DNA of 64,000 nucleotides. Origin: an uncultured Bacteroidota bacterium. GTDB lineage: Bacteria; Bacteroidota; Bacteroidia; UKL13-3. Positions 34,612-43,239 of this stretch are shown here, in pieces; positions within the stretch are counted from its first letter, which is position 1, and each line of letters begins with the position of its first letter. The notes beneath the pieces are model-generated. The model was not told the DNA's origin. It searched no databases and worked only from the letters and a program-made list of their open reading frames with translations. The position numbers and the translations under genes were made by a program. The stretch covers positions 2,127 to 66,126 of the forward strand of contig CAIVZR010000006.1 of assembly GCA_903910445.1 (NCBI GenBank), given 5' to 3'.

Positions 34612-36927
34612 TTAATTTACAAAAGCAATTTTCGTTTCAAAATGTTTGGTACCATCTTTATTTGATGCCAATACAATATAAATTCCGCTACTCGCTCTGC
34701 GCCCTTGAAAGTCGTTGCCATCCCATACAGCAATACCGCCATTAGAAACCGTTTCATATACCAGATTGCCTGCGATATCCGTAATTTTAACAATGCAATC
34801 AGCAATCAGTCCTTTGATAGCGATAGATCCAGTATATCCAGGACGTACTGGATTGGGATATGTATATACATCCCCAAAATCTTCTTCTGCCGAAACAGCG
34901 TCTGTTTTAAATGTCATCAATCCTTTATCGGTTGCAATATATAATTCACCAGTTTTAGGATTGAGCTCTAGGTCGATAATATTATTACTAAACAAAGGGC
35001 TGTTGCTGATATTGAAATTCTTCAATGCATTCGACCCATCACTACTAAAAAGCCATAAGCCGTTGCGAGTGCCAATCCATTTTCTATTGGCACCATCAAT
35101 TTCAATGGCGGTTACCGTTTCATATTGAAGAAGTGGCACTCCCACCGAACCTTCACGCACATAGGGTGTGCGCGAATCGGGAGCATCTAGCTCAAATATA
35201 CGGCTCGGACTGCTTATTACCGATACCCCATTTCCGGTTCCAATCCATACTTCTCCATCTAAATCAATAGCAACGCATTGTACATCTTTACTTGCTAAGG
35301 CACCCTGCCCCTTCTGATCGTTCAATAATCGAACATTCACATTATCGCGATCATTCACATCTAATTCTTTAAATGCGAGTAAGCCGTTCGACTCAAACGT
35401 GCGGACCCATTTGGTTCCATTATGATCAATCACCACCTTACCCAATACATCTCGTGTACCAAGAAGCCCGTTAATGGTGAAATTTTTCCATGTCCCATCG
35501 CTCAGCCTGCAATGAATTGGATATGGACCAGAGAGGAAATTCACTGCCCATAAAATATCATCTTGGTCATAGGCTAGTCCCAAAACTTTCACCCCACCAG
35601 CAGTACCATTACGTACTGTAAAATTGCCTGGTGCTGCCGTGCCCAACACATTGGTGATATCTCCATTAACCATCTCTATGAGTCCATAATTAAATGTTCC
35701 GATATACGTATGACTCCCATCCTTGCTAGTAGCCGATACAGCACAATCGCGTAGGGTATCGAAGGCTTTGTAATTTGGAGCATTATAAGGATAGTAAATT
35801 GGGGCATACTTCTCAATTGCATAAAATTGTGTTGGACTGTATGCTGGCTCAAGTCGTTGACTATATTTACCACCCATCACCCACATTTTATCATTATTAT
35901 AATTCAATGAAAATACATCATTAAAACGCGGGCCCAAAGGAGATGGAAATCGCACCGACGCATCAGAAATTTTCTTATCAATCAAACCATTGTCTTTCTT
36001 AATAAACCAAACATGGTCGTTAGTTAATACAGCCATCTCAGGAAATTTCTCTACCACATATTGCCGCGTGCCAGCCATATCTTCAATATAAAATCCATCC
36101 TCTTTAGCAGTTAGCAATTGATTATTGAAAATATCGTACCCAAATAAAGTATGTTTGATATTGGTTTCGTAAAGCGACCAGGTAGAACCATTATACACCT
36201 TATAAACACTATCTACCTCCGCATAAATTTTATTATTGAAAGAAGTGATATGCCCTGAAGTTTCATGCTTTGTTATATCGGTGATGATGGTCCATGAAAT
36301 ACTGTTACTCAAATTATCAGTATCATTTTTATTGGCTTGAATCACTCCAAAATTGGTACTAGCATAAATCTTATTATTACTGATGGTTACTCCAAACACA
36401 TCGGGAACAGCGCCACCTGGGCCTATATTTAAATAGGAGTCTTTCACTTCTCGTTGGGTCATATCATATACTATGATTCCGAAGCTGGTGCAGATATAGG
36501 CAAATTGATCCTTAAAATAAACGTCATGTAAGGTTTTAGTACCTACTACACTATATCGTGATAAATCGGATACTTGAAACTTATAAAAATCCTCAATGCC
36601 ACTAATTGTAGTTCCACTTTGATAGAGTATATCAATGTTTGTGCTTTCATATCCAATAAAGAGTGCCTTCGATTCTGGATCGTATTTCACCACAGCAATA
36701 TCCAATTCTGATAATCCATGAATCGTATTAATACGCTTTACCTCATCGGTTTCAGTGTTGAAGGAGAACATCCCACTCTGACCACCAACAAATATCATTT
36801 GCTGGGCACGAGTAAGATATTTCATATTGGCATAGGAGAGATAGGAGTTCCATGTTCCCAAAGCAGTTGGTTGTGCAAACATGCCTATTGAAATAATAAA
36901 TGAAAGAAGTAAAAATCGAGTTCTCAT
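34612..36927 (-). CDS. Two-propeller (two-component-regulator-propeller-like) T9SS type-A CTD protein, PorZ-like
   Basis: About 771 aa, close to the 776 aa of P. gingivalis PorZ (from memory). It has a signal peptide (MRTRFLLLSFIISIGMFAQ) and two runs of Reg_prop-like blades (W.GT..GL..Y, WIGT.NGL). The C-terminal YTYPNPVRPG...GIYIVLASN...IAFVN is a type-A CTD. An alternative start at 36936 is possible. Confidence 0.5.
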   Translation of the reverse strand: MRTRFLLLSFIISIGMFAQPTALGTWNSYLSYANMKYLTRAQQMIFVGGQSGMFSFNTETDEVKRINTIHGLSELDIAVVKYDPESKALFIGYESTNIDILYQSGTTISGIEDFYKFQVSDLSRYSVVGTKTLHDVYFKDQFAYICTSFGIIVYDMTQREVKDSYLNIGPGGAVPDVFGVTISNNKIYASTNFGVIQANKNDTDNLSNSISWTIITDITKHETSGHITSFNNKIYAEVDSVYKVYNGSTWSLYETNIKHTLFGYDIFNNQLLTAKEDGFYIEDMAGTRQYVVEKFPEMAVLTNDHVWFIKKDNGLIDKKISDASVRFPSPLGPRFNDVFSLNYNNDKMWVMGGKYSQRLEPAYSPTQFYAIEKYAPIYYPYNAPNYKAFDTLRDCAVSATSKDGSHTYIGTFNYGLIEMVNGDITNVLGTAAPGNFTVRNGTAGGVKVLGLAYDQDDILWAVNFLSGPYPIHCRLSDGTWKNFTINGLLGTRDVLGKVVIDHNGTKWVRTFESNGLLAFKELDVNDRDNVNVRLLNDQKGQGALASKDVQCVAIDLDGEVWIGTGNGVSVISSPSRIFELDAPDSRTPYVREGSVGVPLLQYETVTAIEIDGANRKWIGTRNGLWLFSSDGSNALKNFNISNSPLFSNNIIDLELNPKTGELYIATDKGLMTFKTDAVSAEEDFGDVYTYPNPVRPGYTGSIAIKGLIADCIVKITDIAGNLVYETVSNGGIAVWDGNDFQGRRASSGIYIVLASNKDGTKHFETKIAFVN

Positions 36928-37120
36928 ATAAGCCATAACGCTTCAAAGATAAAATTAGTGCCCTATATGTTGGCAATGAATTTTTCTTGACCAAGAAATG
37001 ACCAAAACTGAAAGCTATCAATACAATCTGTTCTACAAAAGAGGAATTTCATGAACTAAAACCCTCAAAAAGTTATATAACAAGAAATCATTACTTTTGA
37101 AATCAAAATTCAAATAGTAT

Positions 37121-39454
37121 ATGTGGGTAAAATTTGCGGCCTGGGTTCTTCGTTTTCGTTTATGGATTATCGCATTGATCTTAGGCCTCACCGCTATCCT
37201 CTCTTTTTATGCTAAGAATATTGAAGTCTCCTACGATTTCAAAAAATTAATTCCCGCCAACGACTCCGACAATGTATTTTACGAAAACTTCAAAAAACAA
37301 TTTGGGGAAGATGGAAGTGTAATGGTTATTGGTATTCAAAGTGATCATCTTTTTGAAAAAGAAACCTTCATACAATGGTGCAAACTCAATGATGATGTTG
37401 CCGCTATTGATGGAGTAAAGCGAGTTCTTTCCTTTCGCACTTTAGTAAATATTATAACTGATAGTACTACCGGGCAATTCAAACTCGATACTATTATCAA
37501 GCAGATGCCAACAACACAGGCCGAGGTAGATGATATTCGAGATAAAATTTTAAACCTGCCCTTCTATCGTCAATTGGTATACAGTAAGGATACAAAGACC
37601 ACCTTGATGGCCATTACTCTTGATACGTTCAAACTCAATCATATTGATCGAATAGGCCTGGTTAATAGCATTCAGGATTTAGCTTCAAAATTCGAGAATG
37701 AGCATCAGATTGAAACACATTTATCAGGATTACCACTCATTCGTACGATGTATGTTACGCGTATCAGTAAGGAGGTGGTTCGATTCATCATCCTTGGATT
37801 CCTCGTAACCGCACTTATACTTCTACTCTTTTTCCGTTCATTCACTGCGGTAGTCATTCCAATTTTCTTAGTGGCTATCGGTGGCATTTGGTCGGTGGCA
37901 TTTATTGTTATTGCTGGTTATAAAATAACCATGCTTACAGGCCTCATCCCTAGTATCATTATAGTTATTGGGGTGCCCAATAGTATTTACTTCCTCAATA
38001 AATACCATTATGAATACCGGCTCAGCGGGGATAAGTTTGGAGCTTTACGTACGATCATTTCAAAAGTTGGGATTGCATCCTTACTTGCCAACTCTACCAC
38101 CGCCATTGGCTTTGGGGTATTTTACTTTTCGGGTACTCAAATTTTGAAAGAATTTGGAGTAGTCGCTGCATTGGGTATCATGTGTATGTACATCATTTCT
38201 TTGGTGATGGTACCTTGTATATTTAGCTTCTTGCCTGCGCCGAGTCGTCGACAAACCAAACACCTGGATAATCGCTCCTTGGATAAAATCGTTGCATTTC
38301 TCGATCGATTGGTATTTCATCATCGCAAACAAATTTATATTACAACAGCAATAGTATTAATTATTGCTCTGGGGGGATTCTTCAAATTGCGTTCGGTGGG
38401 ATATATGGTCGATGACCTTCCTCAGAAAGATAAAATTGTTACCGATTTGAATTTCTTTGAAACGAATTTTGGGGGTGTTATGCCTTACGAGATATTGATT
38501 GATACAAAGAAACGAAAAGGCATTCGTAGCCTCGAAACCCTCAATAAGGTAGATCAAGCACAACAAATTATTAGCACGTATCCCGAATTTGCAAAACCAA
38601 TAAGTGTTATCGAGTTATTGAAATTTAGCAAGCAGGCCTTCTATGCTGGCGATAGCACTATGTATTCATTGCCCGACGAATCGGAAATTGCTTTTATGTC
38701 GGATGCCATTGGAAAGCACAGTAGTGGCGAACAGCTATTACGTGCCATGATCGATAGTAATCAGCGGGTCATTCGCATTTCAGCGCAGATGGCAGATGTA
38801 GGATCTAATAAAATTAAAGTTATTACAAACTCATTAAAGCACCAGCTCGATTCGATTTTTCCTTCCGCAAAATACGACGTGCACATTACTGGTACTAGCT
38901 TCATCTTCTTAAAAGGAAATGAATATATGGAAAGTAGTTTGGTAGATAGTTTGATTCTAGCATTCATACTTATTACGCTGATCATGATTTACCTTTTCCG
39001 TACATGGCAAATGGTACTCATCTCTATCATACCTAATTTGATACCTATTATCATAACCATCGGTTTAATGGGTTATTTGGATATTCGATTGAAACCATCC
39101 ACAATTTTAATTTTCAGTATTGCTTACGGATTGAGTAGCGATTTCACCATCTATTTCTTGAACCGATATCGTCATGAATTCAAGCAACATAATAATACCA
39201 TCTCGAAAATTATTAGCAATACCATGCGCGAAACTGGTGTAAGTATGCTTTATACCGCTATTGTATTGTTCTTTGGATTTATTATCTACACTGTATCAAG
39301 CTTTGGAGGAACCATCAGTATGGGTATCCTCATTTCATTTACCTTGATTGTCGCGGTAATATCCAACCTGCTTTTCTTGCCAAGTTTATTATTATGGCTT
39401 GAAAAATCAATCAATAAGAAAACACTTGAGCAAGGATTAGATTTTGAAGAATAG
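37121..39454 (+). CDS. MMPL/RND-superfamily exporter (SSD-type, COG1033-like)
   Basis: 777 aa with 12 TM helices in two 6-TM bundles, each preceded by a large extracytoplasmic domain. This is the typical MMPL/HpnN-like topology. Confidence 0.75.
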   Translation: MWVKFAAWVLRFRLWIIALILGLTAILSFYAKNIEVSYDFKKLIPANDSDNVFYENFKKQFGEDGSVMVIGIQSDHLFEKETFIQWCKLNDDVAAIDGVKRVLSFRTLVNIITDSTTGQFKLDTIIKQMPTTQAEVDDIRDKILNLPFYRQLVYSKDTKTTLMAITLDTFKLNHIDRIGLVNSIQDLASKFENEHQIETHLSGLPLIRTMYVTRISKEVVRFIILGFLVTALILLLFFRSFTAVVIPIFLVAIGGIWSVAFIVIAGYKITMLTGLIPSIIIVIGVPNSIYFLNKYHYEYRLSGDKFGALRTIISKVGIASLLANSTTAIGFGVFYFSGTQILKEFGVVAALGIMCMYIISLVMVPCIFSFLPAPSRRQTKHLDNRSLDKIVAFLDRLVFHHRKQIYITTAIVLIIALGGFFKLRSVGYMVDDLPQKDKIVTDLNFFETNFGGVMPYEILIDTKKRKGIRSLETLNKVDQAQQIISTYPEFAKPISVIELLKFSKQAFYAGDSTMYSLPDESEIAFMSDAIGKHSSGEQLLRAMIDSNQRVIRISAQMADVGSNKIKVITNSLKHQLDSIFPSAKYDVHITGTSFIFLKGNEYMESSLVDSLILAFILITLIMIYLFRTWQMVLISIIPNLIPIIITIGLMGYLDIRLKPSTILIFSIAYGLSSDFTIYFLNRYRHEFKQHNNTISKIISNTMRETGVSMLYTAIVLFFGFIIYTVSSFGGTISMGILISFTLIVAVISNLLFLPSLLLWLEKSINKKTLEQGLDFEE

Positions 39455-39471
39455 AGTACAAAAGCTCCTAT

Positions 39472-39726
39472 TTATTTTTTTATCTCACCAATCACTTTGA
39501 ATCGACCGAATACGGCTTCGGTATGTGGCGCATCCTTCAGCTCATCGGTTAAATCTTGTCCGGCCCAATGCTCATAATGTTTCCCATTAAACCAAAGGCG
39601 GCTCCCCGATACATCATAAATTAAACCCTGGTATGCAATCCAGATTTCGGGCCTATCCTGCCCATTGCGCAATGCCAGTTGTTGAAGGGTATATTGATCG
39701 TGCATACTATCTAAAATGCTTAACAA
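39472..39726 (-). CDS. Cytochrome b5-like heme/steroid-binding domain protein (MAPR-like, no HPGG)
   Basis: 84 aa. IWIAYQGLIYDVSGSRLWFNGKHYEHWAGQDLTDEL matches the Cyt-b5/MAPR fold pattern. Confidence 0.55.
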   Translation of the reverse strand: MLSILDSMHDQYTLQQLALRNGQDRPEIWIAYQGLIYDVSGSRLWFNGKHYEHWAGQDLTDELKDAPHTEAVFGRFKVIGEIKK

Positions 39727-39780
39727 TTAGTTTACATTACGTAAACATGCTGTAAATATAAATCTTTAATATTTGCATAT

Positions 39781-39993
39781 ATGATTACAATTCAAGGAAT
39801 TTATGATGGGGTTAAAATAGTACCCACACAAAGAATCCCACAAGGACGTGCATCGAAAGTAGAAATTACTTTTTTTGAAGAGGTATTGACCACCGTGGAA
39901 GAACAAATGCACCATTTCGCGAATCACAGTATTTTCGATTTCTGGGGTAATGAGCGCGACGAATCAGAATCGAATAATATCAACGAAAAATAA
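39781..39993 (+). CDS. Small DUF104/AF2212-like (antitoxin-like) protein, with no toxin partner
   Basis: The N-terminus MITIQGIYDGVKIVPTQRIPQGRASKVEITF matches the I.AIYENGV.KP.E...L.EG..V.I pattern of VapB-like DUF104 antitoxins. A -7-like TAatATTTG box lies just upstream. Confidence 0.4.
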   Translation: MITIQGIYDGVKIVPTQRIPQGRASKVEITFFEEVLTTVEEQMHHFANHSIFDFWGNERDESESNNINEK

Positions 39994-42900
39994 TTATTCG
40001 AAAAGTCCTTTCACTTCTTGTTCATCGAGGAATTTGAAAAAATTCTCATCGTTATCGGTGATCTCTTTTGCCAATTGCGTTTTGCGTTGTTGCAATCCAA
40101 CAATCTTCTCTTCTAATGTATTGCGAGAGATAAATTTATAGATAAATACTTTCTTATCCTGCCCTATTCGATGTGCACGACTGATGGCTTGTTCCTCCAC
40201 CGCAGGGTTCCACCAAGGGTCGGCCAGAAATACATAATCGGCAGCAGTTAAATTCAAACCAATACCTCCCGCCTTTAGAGATATTAAAAACACTTTAATA
40301 TTCGAATTATTCTGAAATTTGTCAACTTCATCCCGGCGTTGCTCTGGGGTTAATGTTCCATCGAGGTATGCATATGGAATTTTTAAATCATCGAAATGTT
40401 TACGGAACAAAGCCAAATAAGAAGTGAATTGAGAAAATAATAAGAGCTTATGATTTTCATCGATTACACTTTGTGCTTTTTCTACAATATCATTAAACTT
40501 TCCGGATTCAAACCGATAATCCTTTTCATGTAAGAGCGGGTGGTTGGCAATCTGACGCAATTTCATTAAGCCCGTAAGCACTTGCAACTTGGAACGGGAA
40601 AACCCCTCTTCAGCAATGGTTTTGATGATTTCGTTGCGGTATTCCGATTTCACCCTTTCATACATCTCATGTTGTTCATCGGTCATATCACAATTCACGA
40701 TGAACTCTGTTTTATCCGGCAAATCAGGGGCCACCAACTCCTTAGTACGTCGCAATAAGAATGGTCGGGTAATCACTTTCAATTCATCAAGTTTCTGTGT
40801 GATATTATTTTTCTCAATAGGGATCGTATAATGTTGGTTGAAATAATTCTGAGTTCCCAATAACTTTGGATTCAAGAAATGTAATTGACTCCATAAATCA
40901 CGTAAGGTATTCTCAATGGGAGTGCCGGTAAGTACTAGCCGGTATTTCGATTGCAATTCATACACCGATTGTGCTACCAAAGAGGAGGCGTTTTTTATCG
41001 CCTGCCCTTCATCAAGTATGATATAATGAAAGTATATTGGCTTGAAAATATTGATGTCCTTACGAAGCACCCCGTAAGTAGTAATCACCACATCATAAAG
41101 AGCAAAAATTTGTGACGATTTAATTCGTTGATTACCGCTATGAATATAGAATCTTAGTTTTGGTGTAAACTTTTTTGCTTCACTATACCAGTTATAAACC
41201 AAGCTGCTTGGAACAATGACAAGGCTAGTGCGCCGAGGTTCCTTCTTCTCTTTAGGAGCTTGTAAATCGTGTTCAATTTGTTCGGTGACGGTTTTTCCGC
41301 TATTCTCGGGCAAATCGGAGAGACCAAAGATATCGAGCTGAACAACCGTTTGATGAAATACATCTGGCTTCGATTTTTCTTCAGGAGAAATAATTTCCGG
41401 TATGGCTTCCGTTTGTTTGGTCAGATCATCAACTTTATTTAACTCATTGGTATGCTGCATATCTTCCTTCTCCTTTTGAAGCAATGCCAGCGTTTGCAAA
41501 GTTTTACCCAAGCCCATATCGTCGGCTAGAATTCCCCCAATATTATATTGTTGCAAGAAATAAAACCAATCAAAACCATGCTTTTGGTAAGGTCGCAGGG
41601 TTGCCATAAGGTGCTCAGGCAATGGCACGGAAGGAATTATTTTTTCTTTATCTATCAATAATGGATTGATGATACGCGAATCATTGCCGGTCTGCAAATC
41701 TTCGATGAGTCCATAATTATATGCCTTAATTTTTATCTCATCATCATCCTGTTCGCTTAATTGAAACATGGTGGCATACTTCGAGAACCACTCTTCAGGA
41801 ATGATTGCTACTGTGCCATCGGGTAATGAATATTCTCGGATATTACGGAGGATATGATTTTTTAGTCGGATAAATGGAATCTCAAAATTTCCAAATTTCA
41901 CCATTGCCTGCACATCAAACCAATCGTTGACCTTACTTACATTTATTTGTAATTCTGTGCGTGAGAAAACAAATTTCTTCTCTTGCGTTTGCACAACCTT
42001 GATATTGTTTTCCTTTAAAATATCTTCGTGTGATGCAACCCAGGAAATAAGGTCGGAGAGGCTGCTACTGTTGCTTTCAAAGCCATTATCAAAATTTTCA
42101 TTAAGCCCATTCTCTGTGAGGATAGCAAGGATTTTCTTTTCGAGTTTTGCAAATCGTTTGAGGCGCTCGAAATGCATTTCTCCATTTTTATAGTTCAATC
42201 GAACCAATACATCACGGGTAGATAGATAATGAACACTATCAATTTTATATTTGAAATACAATACAAAATGATAGGTGCCATCCAGCTTCTGTTGCAGTTG
42301 CAACTCAGAAATAAAGCTATTAGAAATGGTATCAATAGAAAATCCTTCTGCGTATACATCATACTTCTCGATGACTTTGGTAACGAAGGTGCTATAAAAT
42401 TTTTCTTCTGCCGATTTCGGAACGAGAATAAATTTCTTGTTGATGAAAGGCGTTAATTTCTTTCCATCGATTCCATCTTCAAAAAAATATAATGTGCGAT
42501 TTAATAGCAACCATGCGGGTTCATTGCAAATAACACTTGCGCTGTTCTGCATGAAATCAATCTTCTGACCAGCATTTTTTATTGTTGCAAAATAGCGGGT
42601 ATCAATTTCATTGCGCCTAAAATGAAATAGCACGCTACTTGGCTCGCTCGCAATTCTAAGTCGGTAAGCTGCGGGGTTACTTCCGATCCCTTGCAAATAA
42701 AACTGGCGCTTTTTAAGCATAGGAAGCACCTCTTGCATGCGGCGTTCAATGAAGGGCTTGATATGATTTTGGATGAGTTCGGGCGTACAATGCTTTTGAA
42801 AAAATTCGGAAGGACGGATTTTTTTCTTCTCACGATAAAACTGACGTGTGATATGTTCATTATCGAACTCATCTAAAATTTTAATGATTTCTAAATCTTC

Positions 42901-43077
42901 ATCGGTGATTACATCCTTAAATAAATCGTGGGTCTTGGTGAAGATTCTTTGGTGCGTGAAAGTCAAATGGTTTTGCTCATTGAGTTGCACCACAAAAGGC
43001 TCAATAAGGTATCCCAACTGGGTATGCTCCAGTAGGCTATAAATTAATATATGTGGTTTATCGGGGTCTACTCTCAC
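39994..43077 (-). CDS. SNF2-family helicase (SNF2_N + Helicase_C) with a roughly 480-aa N-terminal domain of unknown function
   Basis: Motifs include GGILADDMGLGKT (Walker A), DEGQAIKN (DExx), LVLTGTPIENTLRDLWSQLHFLNP, and helicase C (LISLKAGGIGLNLTAADYVFLADPWWNPAVEEQAISRAHRIGQ). Confidence 0.85.
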   Translation of the reverse strand: MRVDPDKPHILIYSLLEHTQLGYLIEPFVVQLNEQNHLTFTHQRIFTKTHDLFKDVITDEDLEIIKILDEFDNEHITRQFYREKKKIRPSEFFQKHCTPELIQNHIKPFIERRMQEVLPMLKKRQFYLQGIGSNPAAYRLRIASEPSSVLFHFRRNEIDTRYFATIKNAGQKIDFMQNSASVICNEPAWLLLNRTLYFFEDGIDGKKLTPFINKKFILVPKSAEEKFYSTFVTKVIEKYDVYAEGFSIDTISNSFISELQLQQKLDGTYHFVLYFKYKIDSVHYLSTRDVLVRLNYKNGEMHFERLKRFAKLEKKILAILTENGLNENFDNGFESNSSSLSDLISWVASHEDILKENNIKVVQTQEKKFVFSRTELQINVSKVNDWFDVQAMVKFGNFEIPFIRLKNHILRNIREYSLPDGTVAIIPEEWFSKYATMFQLSEQDDDEIKIKAYNYGLIEDLQTGNDSRIINPLLIDKEKIIPSVPLPEHLMATLRPYQKHGFDWFYFLQQYNIGGILADDMGLGKTLQTLALLQKEKEDMQHTNELNKVDDLTKQTEAIPEIISPEEKSKPDVFHQTVVQLDIFGLSDLPENSGKTVTEQIEHDLQAPKEKKEPRRTSLVIVPSSLVYNWYSEAKKFTPKLRFYIHSGNQRIKSSQIFALYDVVITTYGVLRKDINIFKPIYFHYIILDEGQAIKNASSLVAQSVYELQSKYRLVLTGTPIENTLRDLWSQLHFLNPKLLGTQNYFNQHYTIPIEKNNITQKLDELKVITRPFLLRRTKELVAPDLPDKTEFIVNCDMTDEQHEMYERVKSEYRNEIIKTIAEEGFSRSKLQVLTGLMKLRQIANHPLLHEKDYRFESGKFNDIVEKAQSVIDENHKLLLFSQFTSYLALFRKHFDDLKIPYAYLDGTLTPEQRRDEVDKFQNNSNIKVFLISLKAGGIGLNLTAADYVFLADPWWNPAVEEQAISRAHRIGQDKKVFIYKFISRNTLEEKIVGLQQRKTQLAKEITDNDENFFKFLDEQEVKGLFE

Positions 43078-43239
43078 GGCGAATACTTTCTAAAATCGCG
43101 TTGTTATGAAATTTAAATACTCGTAAAAAACTTCAAATGTATAGTAAACAAGGGGTGAAATATTATTTTTTTATTCACCGTTTTTCAGCAAATTTGTGGA
43201 GTATAGTTTTCTGATTTTAACATCAATAAATTTTAAGAT

